From Eledone cirrhosa (lineage: Eukaryota): a stretch of 54,062 nt of DNA. Below the pieces are notes generated by a model. The model saw only the letters and a list, made by a program, of their open reading frames with translations. It was not told the origin of the DNA and made no database searches. The position numbers and the translations under genes were made by a program. This document shows positions 12,477 through 24,568 of this stretch, piece after piece (positions within the stretch are counted from its first letter, which is position 1; every line of letters begins with the position of its first letter). The stretch covers positions 1 through 54,062 of the forward strand of contig CAXHJY010001638.1 of NCBI GenBank assembly GCA_964016885.1. The letters run 5' to 3'.

Positions 12477-12806
12477 TCATCATCATCATCATTTTACGTC
12501 CGCTTTTCCTTGCTTGCAAGGGTTGGACGGGAACTGATTCTGGCTTGATTTCTACAGCTGGATGCCCTTCCTAACACCAACCTGTGAGTGCTGGGTGATT
12601 TTTTGTCGTGGCACCTCCACGACCACTTTGCAGTGGAATGATAAGGACCCCAGTCCCTATCATCTCATTTCTACAGCTGAGTAAACTGGAGCAATGTGAA
12701 ATAAAGTGTCTTGCTCAAGGAAACAACACATCACCCGGTCTGAGAATTGAACTCACAACCTTTCGATTGCAAGGCAAATGCTCTAACCACTAAGCCATGT
12801 GCCTCC
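12477..12806 (-). mobile_element. tRNA-derived SINE, family B, with RTE-derived tail
   Basis: Minus strand has A box TGGCTTAGTGG and B box GAGTTCAATTC. Its 3' end matches the RTE end at 8420-8476, and it is homologous to 50384-50718. Confidence 0.85.
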
Positions 12807-12850
12807 ATATAATATATATATAAAATATATATATAATATATATATATAAA

Positions 12851-13146
12851 ATAGAGAAAATTGAGGTTGGTAATGGCACATGGAATATATAAGACAGAAT
12901 ACTTTTTTGTGAAAAAACAATTTTATAAGGTAAGGAAAGAGTAAAGGGTATAAAAAATGAGCGGTTTCGATGGGTCTGCAAAAGCCATCTTTTCAAATGT
13001 TGATTAATATTAAGAAAAATTAATAATAAGAAGAGTTAAAATTTGAGATTTGAAAATTCAAGTATAGAATTCATTGTGGGATTTCATAGTAGTTTTCATC
13101 TTGGTAGCAGCAAGTTGACTGCTGTGTGTCCCTTTCTGGTAGTGAA
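12851..13146 (-). mobile_element. Hammerhead-containing dispersed repeat, copy 2
   Basis: Near-identical to 207-497. The hammerhead at ~12954-13002 has GAAACCGCTC instead of GAAACCGGTC. Confidence 0.7.
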
Positions 13147-13239
13147 TAATATATATATATATATATATAATATATATAATATATATATATATATATAATA
13201 TATATATTATATATCTTATATATAAATTATATATAATAT

Positions 13240-13472
13240 ATATTCTATTCTAAGGCGGGTAAAATTCCTGAGATCCATGGACGAGTTCTCTCCAGCGGTC
13301 TCTGTCCCTCATTATCGCTGCCATGTCCTGCGTCTCCAACAGACCAGTGTCTGTCCTTAGGGCATCAACATACGTTAAACCTGGTCTTCCTCTTCTAGTA
13401 TGTCCATGTAGGGGCTCCCAAAGGAGCACTGAGTGCAATGTCAACTCTGGACGTCGGTGAGCATGTCCACAA
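13240..13472 (-). mobile_element. LINE 3' fragment, a different RTE-like family
   Basis: Translation GHAHRRPE..LLWEPLHGHTRRGRPGLTYVDAL..MRDRDRWR. Confidence 0.7.
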
Positions 13473-13592
13473 TAGAATAGAATAATATATATATATGAGG
13501 TTTTCTTAAATAAATGTTCTACATGGGTGAAAGCATAAGGAAAAGAAATCGGAAAAGCAGCTGGGGTCTTTTTAAGAATATTTATTTAATTC

Positions 13593-13628
13593 CTTTACCG
13601 GTTTCACAATTTTTATGCTTTTCAAAAG
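13593..13628 (-). ncRNA. Type I hammerhead motif (U3-A8) in the 3' pseudo-LTR
   Basis: CTT-TTGAAAA-GCA-taaaaat-TGT-GAAAC-CG-GTA-AAG; helix I is CTT/AAG. Confidence 0.6.
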
Positions 13629-16234
13629 TAGAATTAAGATGGAGGGTTTGTCTTGCATCTGGTTCATGTTCGAAAGTTCTTTGTTTTATGTAGAAAGAAT
13701 GGCTTGAATTGCTGGGTTTTTTTAAAAAAATAATTTGGTTGGTTGATGACTTTTGTGAATAAGAAAATAAATTTCGTGCCAGTTTGTGTTCCAAAGTTCT
13801 TATTGTATTTGCCTTAAAAAATGTGGCTCAAATTGTTGTTAGTGTTGGTTGACTGTCACATGAATAACATCAAATGTCACGCTAGTTCATGTTTGACGGT
13901 TCTTTCTTGCCATTTTCAGTCACATGGTTGGCCATATAATATAGGTGCCAGAAAAGGATGGTTTGTCATAGAAAGTTTTGTGCCAAACAAAAGATAATGG
14001 TCAAGAAATGGGAGGGGCAGAAATAGAATAGTATGGCTGATGTGTCAAAATTCAGACTTTCTATTGAAATAAATTGAATGTTTGTGGTGGCGGCAATGTA
14101 GAAAAGAGAAATATATATTTTTATTCATGTGCGGGTGTGTGTATAGCAAAGCAGTTTGTCATCTTGATAATAGAAGATTCCATTAGTAGAAATGGAGGGA
14201 GTATGGTTAGCATGTTAAGGTATGTTAAAGTATATTTAGCTCTGGTCTTTTATTTTCGAATATAGAGAAGGGTTTTATGTGTGGTATGTATATGTGTAGA
14301 TGGTTAGTATATTAAACTATATTTAATGCTGGTCTATATTTTTTAATAAACATATTTTCCTTATTTATTCGTATTTGATCGGTTGTATTGTCTGTGCAAA
14401 GTCTTGGAATTTGGGTGTCTTATTGTTTGCACATATGTCTAGATGTCCACTGATGGTATCTGTCTTGTAATTGTTGGCAATGAATTGTCATTCTGTTTCT
14501 GAGGGCGAGTTTAGTTTTCCCTATATAATCTTCATTACATCCTTTACATTTAATGGCATAAATTATATTTTTTGATGGGCAAGTGAAATGATTTTTTACA
14601 ACAAAACTTTTCCTGATTAAAATGTATACATTGTGCTTTTAATGGGGTGAGTGCAAGTTCCGCAATTAGAGTGACCACATTTTTTTACAGTTGATTTTGG
14701 GTTTGTGGTGGGTAATTTGGTATTGGTGAATAATGTTTTTAGTGATTTAGGTTGTCTTTTGCTTTTGATTATTTTGTGTTTCAAGTGCTTTTTTCATTCT
14801 TGGATCTTGTTTCAATAGATGTAATTTTCTAGAAAGTGTGAAATATTCATTTTGAGAGAATTTTAATTTGTTGGGTTGAGAAGTTTGTATTTGAAAGATT
14901 GATAATTCTCGGTTTTTCAAAACTGGTTTGTGCCACTGGGTGTCATGGGTCATATAGCCTTGGTCTAAAAAATGATTGTTCTGAATTGTTTTCTCATAGG
15001 TATTACTATATCTAATGGCATTTTCCCTGTTATTGTATGGTCTTGTATAGAAGTTTCAGACGTACTTATGTTCTGTTTGTTAATGGTCCCGGTTCTAATT
15101 TTTGTTCCTTTGTGTGGGTTGGGGTCTACGGTTTCGGAACAGGTTCTGTGTAGATTGTGATCTATGGATCAAATCCTGTCTTGTGTTAGGAGGTGCTTTT
15201 TTAGGAGGGTTATAGTTTTGTCTATGGATTCTTGGATTATCATCATAATTTTGCTGGGGGGGGGGGGGGGGGGGGGGGGGGGTATGTTCAACGTTTTGTT
15301 ACTTTTTTGTTGTAAGTGTGGTGTGTGAATTTTAGTTTGTTTTAAAAATGGGTAACCTGTATGGTGTTCATTTTTGAAATCCATTTCGTAATTGTTGAAT
15401 TAGGTGGTTTTTTCCCCATCATTGGAGGGATGTTAGTTCTTCATTCTCACAATTTTCTTTCCAAAGTTTGAAGGTTTTTTCATAGAGTAGGCCTTCAGAT
15501 TCTGTCGAGTGACTTGAATTTTTCTTTGTTGCAGTTGGCTGTTAACCATAACAGTTCTATTTCTATTTTAAACTTTTCCCTAAGTTTTTGTTGGTTTTCT
15601 GGTTTATTCGGGATGGGTTTTATTTGGAGTTTTTTTAGGGAGGATGATTGGAGTAGAATTTAGCCACTTTTCATATATATCTGCTTTGCCGTTATTTTTT
15701 AGGAGATTCCAAAAGGCAAATTTGCGGGCTGTGAGTTTTAGAGTGTTTTTCACTGAGTGAACTTCTTGGAGATTGGGTTCTAATAGTTGTTCCAGCTTTT
15801 GGAGCATTGCTGTCTCAATGGTTTTGATTAGTTAGGTTAATGTTGGAGTAATATTCGTCTCTTGGGTATTTTCTCCTTCTTCATGGGGACCTTTTTTGTA
15901 GATATGTATTTGGTCCACTTTCTTGGTCAAGAATGAAAGCTTGGAGGAAATCTCCTTTAAGATGTCCTGGTTCAGTGTGTTGTTGTTTTGTTGAGACTTT
16001 GGTGGCATTTCCGTGTGGTGGGTATCTATAAAAAAAATAAGGGTTTTTGTTTTTTTTTTACATAAAAAAATGAGATATCCTACACGGGTGAAAATATAAG
16101 GAAAAGAAATCGAAAATGCAACTGGAGTCTTTTTAAGAATATTGATTTACTTCCTTTACCGGTTTCACAGTTCTTATGCTTTTCGAACACGAACCAAATG
16201 CGAGACAAACAACAAATCCTCCATCTCAATTCTA

Positions 16235-16270
16235 CTTTTGAAAAGCATAAGAACTGTGAAACTGGTAAAG
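16235..16270 (+). ncRNA. Type I hammerhead motif (U3-A8) in the inverted pseudo-LTR
   Basis: CTT-TTGAAAA-GCA-taagaac-TGT-GAAAC-TG-GTA-AAG. A truncated opposite-strand copy lies at 16154-16185. Confidence 0.55.
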
Positions 16271-16560
16271 GAAATAAATAAATATTCTTAAAAAGACTCC
16301 AGTTGCATTTTCGATTTCTTTTCCTTATATATGTATGTATGTATATATATATATCTTGAGGTCTTGAATTATCTCACTTTATGGCTAAAAGATCAAAGTT
16401 GATTAGTCAATAAAATAAATATCAGACTAATCAAAGTCCTGAGCTCGATATAATTGACTAAAATCCCTTGCAAGTTGTGTTCCAGTAAAACTAAAGTCCA
16501 ATCACTGAAACCAGTAACAAAAGAATAAATAATAAATAAAATTAAACTTGATTAATTATT

Positions 16561-16566
16561 TTTATT
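16561..16566 (-). promoter_or_regulatory. Candidate NOP16 poly(A) signal AATAAA
   Basis: TTTATT on the + strand, 8 nt past the NOP16 stop codon. The AT-rich context lowers specificity. Confidence 0.35.
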
Positions 16567-16574
16567 TGCTTAAC

Positions 16575-16748
16575 TCATGTATCAACATCCATCTCTGACT
16601 TTGCTTCTTTGTCAGTACTCGTTTTACCTGGATTCCTTGATGCTAAATATTTTTTATATTGCTTTTCCATATTTTTAAATTTATTAATTTTTTTTTGGAT
16701 CTGATAAGGTGTATCTTGGTAATAGTTCCTGTAATCTTTTGCCATTTT
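16575..16748 (-). CDS. NOP16: Nucleolar protein 16, exon 5 (last)
   Basis: Acceptor cttcacag, then KMAKDYRNYYQDTPYQIQKKINKFK..*. This contains the conserved MAxDxxNYYQDTPxQI motif; phase 0 is consistent. Confidence 0.93.
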   Translation of the reverse strand, partial: KMAKDYRNYYQDTPYQIQKKINKFKNMEKQYKKYLASRNPGKTSTDKEAKSEMDVDT

Positions 16749-17566
16749 CTGTGAAGAAAAAAAAAAGAGGAGGTTTAATTTCAAATATAGAAAGGAACAA
16801 AACAACTTAACCCATTAGCATCTAAACCAATGAAATTTCTGATTCCGCCACCTTAACCCTTTAGCCTTTAAACTGGCCACTCATACTGATGTTAAGGTAT
16901 TGTTCTCAAAATAAATATCAAAATCTCATAGATTCGAAATTATGTGAGGTTTATGTGCCTTTACCATGAAAATATAATAGTAAATATAGAGTAATGGAAA
17001 TATTAAAAAATAAGAACATTACTTCTCTTTTTCACTGTTATGGCTCACACTTGCACAACTTCCTATGAGATACAATCATACAGATTTTTTTTCTGGTGAC
17101 AGGAGGCAGAATTAGAATGCAGAGCTACTGCAAGGCACCCCCATCTGATGTTTTAATAATTTGAAAAGATGATTATCAAATAATTTTGAAAATAATCAAG
17201 AATTTAGAGAAAGATTTAGTAATATAACTAATTTCTTTATTATCAAGTTGGTATGTGTAGCATAACTCAACAAACGTTCTTACATAAAATTATGATGGAA
17301 GGTTTTCTGATAAATATAAACATTTTAAAACAAGAAAAATCTATCATAAAAGCAAGGACAGTTTCAAGTGGTTTGATATCGAAAGAGTTACCCCCAACAT
17401 TAATGACTGCCAATTTGCTGCCTCTAGACTAAAAAGAAAAAGTAACAAGTTGTTTATTACTTATTCTACAATGTTCACCATCTAATGAAAAAAAAAAAGG
17501 GAAATTTATTCTGAATTCATCAATCATGCCTACTCTAAACAATGCAAGATAAACTAGTTTACTTAC

Positions 17567-17673
17567 TTCATAGTCTTCACCATATTTTTCCATCATAAGT
17601 ATACAGTATTTCACTTCTTCTTCTGGCATAGATTTTGGTCGGTTTCCTCCTTGAGATGCTTCTTCTTCTAAGC
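17567..17673 (-). CDS. NOP16: Nucleolar protein 16, exon 4
   Basis: Acceptor ttgacag, then (G)LEEEASQGGNRPKSMPEEEVKYCILMMEKYGEDYE and donor gtaagt; phase 1 to 0. Confidence 0.93.
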
Positions 17674-18169
17674 CTGTCAAGTAGATAAAGTTCATATGTA
17701 GCTTTGAATTGTATTTTTTATGCATATAAATCTTCTAGTGTTTAAAGCAAAATAAAACATTTCTAATCATGTGCTGGTCTGAGGACAGATGTTTTAGATA
17801 TCAGCACCCTATACCATCATTAATCCAATGATACAAACTCAGATAGTGCGTGAGAATGCACTCTGGTATGCATAGTGTCAGAATGGAGAAAGCATTAGCT
17901 CGGAAGAGAGAAAGGAAGACACATTGAAATAGCCATTCTAACTCATGGGGTTCACTCTAGCTGGTGGCCTACTTTGCTCCAGTCAGCAGTGAGTAGGGTG
18001 GTAATGGTAAGTGGCCAAAAATGCCAGAAGTTTCCACCACTAATGTCTCAACACCAAACCTTATTAGAATGCAGCCAATACTTCAACAGCTTGCCATCTT
18101 CAGCTTATAAGGTGTTTCATTTAACCCCATGAGAGTGCATAGCTTGGAGATCAGAGTCACTCCAGGTAG

Positions 18170-18415
18170 AGCCACTAATTTTCTGAATTGAGAGATCACA
18201 GCTCTGATATTACAAGCAGGTGGTTAGAATGTCTCAGGAAAGAATCGCTGGACAGATTTTATGGAAAAAACCAACCAGCAGGAGTAAAACCCAAGTAAGA
18301 TGGTTGGATAACATCCATGAGCTTGGCTGGTCTAGCTTGGAAATCCAGCCAGATCAGTTGGAAACAGTTGCTTCTGACAGGACCAGCTGGAAGGAGTGTT
18401 TGAAGAATCTGCCCA
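18170..18415 (+). mobile_element. Old RTE-like LINE 3' fragment
   Basis: VVRMSQERIAGQIL..RWLDNIHELGW..DRTSWK. Relatives at ~24895-25110, 36675-36810, 37715-37935 and 38660-38830 share GGATAACATCCATGAGCTT-type sequence. Confidence 0.6.
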
Positions 18416-19240
18416 TATGGAGATCTATTTCAGCTGATGATGTCCTCCAAGACACTACCAGTTCCAGGATATGTGATGACTTCTTGCCTGCTATTCTTAT
18501 AATTTAGTCATCCAAGGTTTTCATTCCCAAGAAATCAAACAATCATAACACACTTCTGTTTACTCATCTATTCCTGTTTTTGAACTTGTACATTGTAGTA
18601 AAGGCACATGGCTGAGTTCCTATTCCTGGACCGGGCGATGCGTTATATCCTTGAACAAGACACTTCATTTCATGTTATTTCTTCTACCTGGAATTGTGAC
18701 CGATAGATAGTATTAGCAACTGGAAAGACAAATGGAAACATTGTTTCCTCGATCCGATTTGACAAGCTCCAGCCCACTTATTAAGTGAATGAAGTCTGGG
18801 ATCTTGTTGATCGATTGTCGATTGAAGTAGATAGAATAAGTTCTACTTCAGAGGAGATAAATGAATGTAAATATATTCTAAATGCTAATAGGCTTTTAAT
18901 AGTCAGTGTTTAGTTCTGATACATGGAACTCAGTAAATTAAAGAACCAGTAATTTAACCTTTCATGACTGCATTCCTAATAAAATTCACTCTATTTTGAT
19001 TAATTAATGAAGAATTTTGAGGGATTTACTAAAATTATTAATAATTTCATCAGTAAGAGAGTAACTTAATGTAAGGTTCTTATATAAAATTACACGGGAA
19101 GATTTTAAATTAAATTGGAAACCGTTAAAATGGGTGGTTTTATTTCATAGAACCAGAACTGGTTTTGGCTAGGTTGGTAACTAAAGGTTTAACCCTTTCA
19201 TAACAGCATTTCTAATGAAATACACTCTATTTTAATTAAT

Positions 19241-19425
19241 TGTTTCTACTTTAGGCACAAAGCCAGCAATTACCCAGTGCATTACTGGTACTTTATTTTA
19301 TCGACCCCGTAAGGATGAAAGGCAAAGTCAACCTCAGCGGGATTTGAACTCAGATCGTAAAGGGACGTAACTATGCTGGAAAGCATGGCGTCCGACCCTC
19401 CACCGATACTGCCAATCCACCGCCC
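19241..19425 (-). mobile_element. tRNA-derived SINE, family A, inserted in a tandem ~235-nt TTAA-bounded unit
   Basis: A box TGGCAGTATCGG, B box GAGTTCAAATCC and central GCCTTTCATCCTTACGGGGTCGATAAAAT. The flanking duplication is ACACTCTATTTTAATTAAT. Confidence 0.85.
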
Positions 19426-19721
19426 TGTAAAATCCACACTCTATTTTAATTAATGAAGGATTTTGAGGGATTTACTAAAATTATTAATTATTTCATTACT
19501 AAGATAGTAACCCATTGTAAAGTTTGTATATATATGTTGGAAGATTTTAATATAAATAGGAAACCTTTATAACGGGTGATTTTATTTCATATAACTAGAG
19601 CCAGTTCTGGCCGGGTTGTTAAATGTTAAAACCTGAGGTAACAAAAGATTAATAAAGAAATATTCCGCAAGCAAAATAATTAAAAAATTAAATTTGACAA
19701 TAGATAAATAAAGTAAGCAAC

Positions 19722-19812
19722 CTTCAACAACATATGCTTTTCTATGAGGTCTCTTTTTTGTTTTATCCACTTCCATTTTGTCATCTTCAAGACTTCGATG
19801 ACCCATGATGTC
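19722..19812 (-). CDS. NOP16: Nucleolar protein 16, exon 3
   Basis: Acceptor attttcag, then DIMGHRSLEDDKMEVDKTKKRPHRKAYVVE(G) and donor gttgct. It resembles vertebrate MEVD..RKPYVL; phase 0 to 1. Confidence 0.85.
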
Positions 19813-19883
19813 CTGAAAATCAAATTTCAACATTTATAATCTTGGAGGTTCAAGGGACAAAGTATTAAATAAAAATTAAAATA

Positions 19884-20276
19884 ATTGTTTCTACTCTTGG
19901 CACAAGGCCAGCAATTATCCCAGTGCATTACTGGTGCTTTATTTTATCGACCCCATAAGGATCAAAGGCAAAGTTAAACTCAGCGGGATTTCCAATGTAG
20001 AACATAAAAGGCCGTAACTCTATGCTGCAAAGCATAGCGTCTAACCCTCTACTGAGACTGCCATAAAAATAAAATAACAATTCTACTATAGGCACAAGGC
20101 TAGCAATTTTGAGGAAAGGTTGATTAAATCGACCCCAGTGCATTACTGGTACTTTATTTTATCAACCCCCGTAAGGATGAAAGGCAAAGCTAACCTTGAT
20201 GGGATTTGAACTCAGAACGTAAATGGCCGTAACTCTGTGCTGCGAAGCAGCACAGAGTTACGGCCATTTACGTTCT
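19884..20276 (-). mobile_element. Two adjacent family A SINEs, the second ending in a fold-back hairpin
   Basis: The GCACAAGGC.AGCAATT..CCCAGTGCATTACTGG..AAGGAT.AAAGGCAAAG motif set occurs twice. Confidence 0.8.
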
Positions 20277-20460
20277 AATAATAAATGAATTAGAAACTAA
20301 ACAAAAATAAAATTAATAATTTTTTAAGTAGATACAATTTTAACCTTCACAGTGGGCAACAAAATGCACCACATGAGTAATCTCACTTTAATAGAGTAAC
20401 AACTCATAAAAATTACTAGCATGCTAAAGATTAAAGAAAGGAAAAACCTTTGTAATATAC

Positions 20461-20569
20461 CACTGCTTTTGGAATTGGTAGTGTTTTATTAGGATTAAAA
20501 CAGAGTCCCATATCTTCAAAGTTGCCTCTTACAGATCTGCCCTTGTCCCAGGATTTTTTTATCAATGTA
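20461..20569 (-). CDS. NOP16: Nucleolar protein 16, exon 2
   Basis: Acceptor tttctag, then (C)TLIKKSWDKGRSVRGNFEDMGLCFNPNKTLPIPKAV and donor gtatat. This contains the conserved WDxxxSVxxNxxxMGLxxxPN motif; phase 2 to 0. Confidence 0.93.
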
Positions 20570-20738
20570 CTAGAAAATGAAAATAAGATAAAAAAAAAGA
20601 TATGAATTAAAACAATGGATATAATTTTGATATTGTCATAACAATGCTAAACTGAAAACATAACATTTCTGAGGATATTAATGTAAAGCTAATTAAGAAT
20701 GAAATGAGTAAATCACTGAAATTTCTGATTCCTCCACC

Positions 20739-21158
20739 TTAACCCTTTAGTATTTAAACTGGTCATATCCAACCAGAATTCTCTCACCCCTTTCTGTTCA
20801 AACCGGCCACTCATACCGATGTTAACCCTTTAGCATTTAAATGACTCTATATTTACTATTGTATTTTCACAGTAAACACTTTATTTCACATAATATCGAA
20901 TCTATGAGATTTTGATAATATTTATTTTGAGAACAATACCTTAACGAGTGACCTGTTATGGCCAGCTTGAATAGAAAGAGGCGAGAGAATTATGGCCGGA
21001 TACAGCCAGTTTAAATGCTAAAGGGTTAAGGTATTGTTCTCAAAATATATATCAAAATCTCATAGATTTGATGTTATATGAGATAACTATGTCAGATAAA
21101 ACCTTTTCTGTGAAAATACAATAGTAAATATAGAATAATGTAAATGCTAAAGGGTTAA
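20739..21158. mobile_element. Nested or rearranged piggyBac-type MITEs (TTAA-CCC...GGG-TTAA)
   Basis: TTAACCCTTTAG(C/T)ATTTAAA at 20739 and 20822, and inverse TAAATGCTAAAGGGTTAA ending at 21029 and 21158. A related copy lies at ~16807-16990. Confidence 0.65.
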
Positions 21159-24104
21159 ACTTCATTTCAAAGATTAAACTCACAATTTCAGAATGTTATA
21201 AAGCCTAACTGACATACCAGGTCTCCACAATACTCACAGATATGGAAAATTATTGAGGAACTGGATTGAAAACAAATGTCCTTTCTTTTTTAACTTCTGA
21301 AAGTTTGGCAATAAAGAAAAGATAGACTTTCAGTTCTTTCAAAACTAACATATTTCATACAAGCTAAACAACCACTAAGCAGGTTTTGGTGACGACTGAC
21401 CAGTGCTGATCAAGTAGACCTATGGCATTTTAACTGCGACCATCCTGTCTTTTATTCAGACAATGTGTATACATATTACAATCAAGTATGAGAAATCTTT
21501 GTATTTAGACCTGGAGAGATGGGCTCCGCCAGGTTTTTAAAAAAATGACATAGAAACGATGTATGTCAATATGACACCATTACGACTCCATCAGGAGTTA
21601 CGAGACCATGCATGCATGCAATAGCAGGACATGTCCTTTTGAACACAAACCACATGAAGGGGATTATCTACTAATGCCACAATAAAATGCACCCAGCCTA
21701 CTCTGTAGAGTGGTAATACTGGTGTCATGGAAAAAATATGTCCAGACATTCCTGTAAGGAGGCAGTGCTGGTGCCATGAAACAAAAAGCATCCAGTCTAC
21801 CCAGTAAGGTGCTAGTGCCAGAGTCACAATAAAATACTTCCAGTCCACTCTTTAAATAGGCAATGCTGATGCCATCAAAAAATGCCTCTAGAGAACTGGA
21901 TGACTATTATAGAGGCCAGTGTATCCATAGCCGAACTGAACAACTACAGAAATACCATATCGGTAAAGTCCATTTTTCAGCCAGTAGCATTCAAGAGGTT
22001 CGGGAAAGCTGAGTCGCCAATAACGAAGATATGGTAATGTCGTGAATGTCTAGGACTACCTCAAAATATTTTTTAGGACAACACTGTAAATGTGATTGGT
22101 GTTAGAAAGGGCATCCAGACGTATGAAACGTGCCAGATACAGTCCTATACGAGCAAGACACGGTCACCCGATCAATCTTGCCTCGTCTAATCCTCAGAAG
22201 AGGAAACAAAAATATCTCGCCTGATTCATTACATATATATATAGAAAATATAAAAGTATTGTCTACATCGTAGTTACCTAAAACGAAAGATCGCCTATGC
22301 ACACACACATATGGAAAATAAAAGATCGCATGTGCACATACACAAACTTCTAAAAACTACCTAAAACGAAAGATCACCTATAAATAAGTGTGAATCTGAG
22401 AGGGGAATATGTTGAATAAAAATCATAATTAACTGAACCTTCTGTATTTTCTTTTACCCAAAGCCAGGAACTTTTCAGCACCCCATCGTATATATATATA
22501 TGTGTGTGTGTGTGTGTTTGTGTATGTACACGAGCGGAGAAAGATATATGAATGTAACCACATAATTTTATTTTATTATTAATTATACCAGAAGCGGGTC
22601 AATTTTGAATAGGAAGAAAATTTATTTTTCTACTAAACATCATATTTCCATGTGGCATAATAATAATAACTAACTTTAACAAGTTCTTAAAGATTAAATA
22701 AAAAAGACGGAAATTCCCTTCTCCAGAGAATGGTCGGTGCCAGGGGGAGACAACTCTGTATTGGTTTGTCATGAATTTTTTACACAGACAAAAGAAATCA
22801 AATAGACTCAATTATAAAAGGTAAGTGTAGTTGCTCCATTCCTTTATTTTTAACTCGCATTCAACTGCGTTTTCTTAAATAATTTTAAGAAATATAAAAA
22901 AAAACATGTATACATAATGTTGTGGATCATTTAATATATCTATACCCAAAAGGTGCGAAACAAAATGAACACCTAAATATTTAATGATTGTTGTTGTTCA
23001 ATACATCTATTAATATATTGTAAGCACGTTTAGAGTGTTGTTGTTTAGCCCTAGGTCAGTTCTGATCAAAATGTTCCAGGCACTTACTCTCAGGTCTCGA
23101 ATAATCGTTTCTCGGGCCCCGCTAAATTTTTCAGATTTTTTTCCCAACCCACCGCTTATTAAATTTTGCTAATCTATCTCCGGTGAAATTTTATTGTAAG
23201 TGGTAGTAGCATTCCTGCGACAATTAATTTCATTAAGATATTCAAAAACATTATACATGAGAAAAGAAGTACATTACTAGAAATCCCATACGTTATATAA
23301 TAAATAGGATGTGTTGGGAGTATCAATATGTAAACTAAACGATTAATTCTGGGGTTTTTTTTTTAAATCAACGGAGAGAACCTAGGAAAATTACCGATTT
23401 TCTAACCCTCTCCTATTATTTGGGACCCGAGAATACGTCCCATATTTTTTTTCCACTTATGTCTAGGATTACAATACCTAATGTGTTCTTCCTTTTTTGG
23501 GGGGTTCTAGATAGTAGGGTATGATATGATGGGATTTATAACCGATATTTCTAACAAACCAAGCTAACACTTCTTTACCTAAATGTTGAACAATGCATGT
23601 TTTTGTTACTGCTTATGTACACTTGTTTTTTTTTTAGTATTTTTCGTTTTAAATTTTAGAAGTCGAACTTGAATTAAAAGGGTTAGGAGTTACAACTAAG
23701 ATTACATTATCCAATATATCCTTCCTATTTCAAGACATTAGTGAGCGAGAAGATCTGGCTGCTATTTCTAGGAAGTCGAGCGACTATATCGAGGTTTCCT
23801 GGTTAGATTCACAGCAAGTTTAAATATATACATATACTACTCCAGCTCCCATTATATTTCTACGATATGTAAGACAGGTTATGATAATAAGTGAAAAACA
23901 GAAAATCTACGATGTCTCTTGGCCTGCTAGAAATTGCAGCAAAATCTTCCTCAAATCTCATCCCAATGTCTTAAAGAAAGAATGACATGAGATATTATAG
24001 CCTTTAATACATCTAAGATTACAGAATTTTTCATAACTGTACTGTCTTTAATCGTAAATTTACTCAATAAAGGTTGACCTGTGGCTAAATAATTCATCAA
24101 GGTA

Positions 24105-24300
24105 TTTGTCTACATATTAAAGTAACTTTCAACATACTATAATCTATCTTTCATAATACTGTCTACATAGAAAAGTATCTTTCATCATACTATGTCTACA
24201 CATCAATACTATAATGTCTACATAGAAACGTATCTTTCAATATACTATATCTACATAGTAAAGTTTCTTTCAACATACTATAACGATATAGTAAAGTATC
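24105..24300. repeat. Degenerate ~30-40-nt minisatellite in NOP16 intron 1
   Basis: Recurring AAGTATCTTTCA.CATACTAT..GTCTACATAG units. Confidence 0.7.
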
Positions 24301-24325
24301 AACGATATAATGATATTATCCACGC

Positions 24326-24331
24326 CACGTG
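24326..24331. promoter_or_regulatory. E-box CACGTG (GCCACGTGG) near the start of NOP16 intron 1
   Basis: The motif lies about 30 nt into intron 1. Confidence 0.4.
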
Positions 24332-24362
24332 GTGTATTTATGGTAAAAACACAGACACTTAC

Positions 24363-24469
24363 CAATCAATGTTGGGCATTCTTTTTCTTTTCTTATTCTC
24401 GTGTCTTCGATTAACATCATATCTATAATTATGTTTAGAACGGACCTTTCGACCAACACCTTTAGCCAT
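24363..24469 (-). CDS. NOP16: Nucleolar protein 16, exon 1
   Basis: MAKGVGRKVRSKHNYRYDVNRRHENKKRKRMPNID(C) then donor gtaagt, resembling the NOP16 N-terminus YxVNRKR..PxIxC. The five exons total 588 nt, i.e. 195 aa plus stop. Confidence 0.92.
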
Positions 24470-24560
24470 ATTTACTGTTATATTATAACTTCTATGTTAA
24501 TACACAAGTTAAAACAATGCTCAATAAGATCCAACGACAATCAGGTTAAAAGTTCTCTAA

Positions 24561-24568
24561 CCGGAAGT
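24561..24568 (+). promoter_or_regulatory. ETS/GABP motif CCGGAAGT upstream of NOP16
   Basis: Perfect motif about 90 nt upstream of the ATG in otherwise very AT-rich DNA. Confidence 0.45.

Larger units (their letters stand above)
13515..16330 (-). mobile_element. Decayed Penelope-like element with direct pseudo-LTRs and an inverted 5' pseudo-LTR
   Basis: GIY-YIG remnant NIIYAIKCKGCNEDYIGKT at ~14515-14570. Direct repeat 13515-13625 / 16078-16185, inverted copy 16183-16330, and hammerhead motifs inside the repeats. Confidence 0.8.

Noticed and set aside
24105-24300. Short periodic repeats superficially like a CRISPR array (also 33510-33670)
   Set aside because: Degenerate tandem units without unique spacers, in a eukaryotic intron or transposon context.
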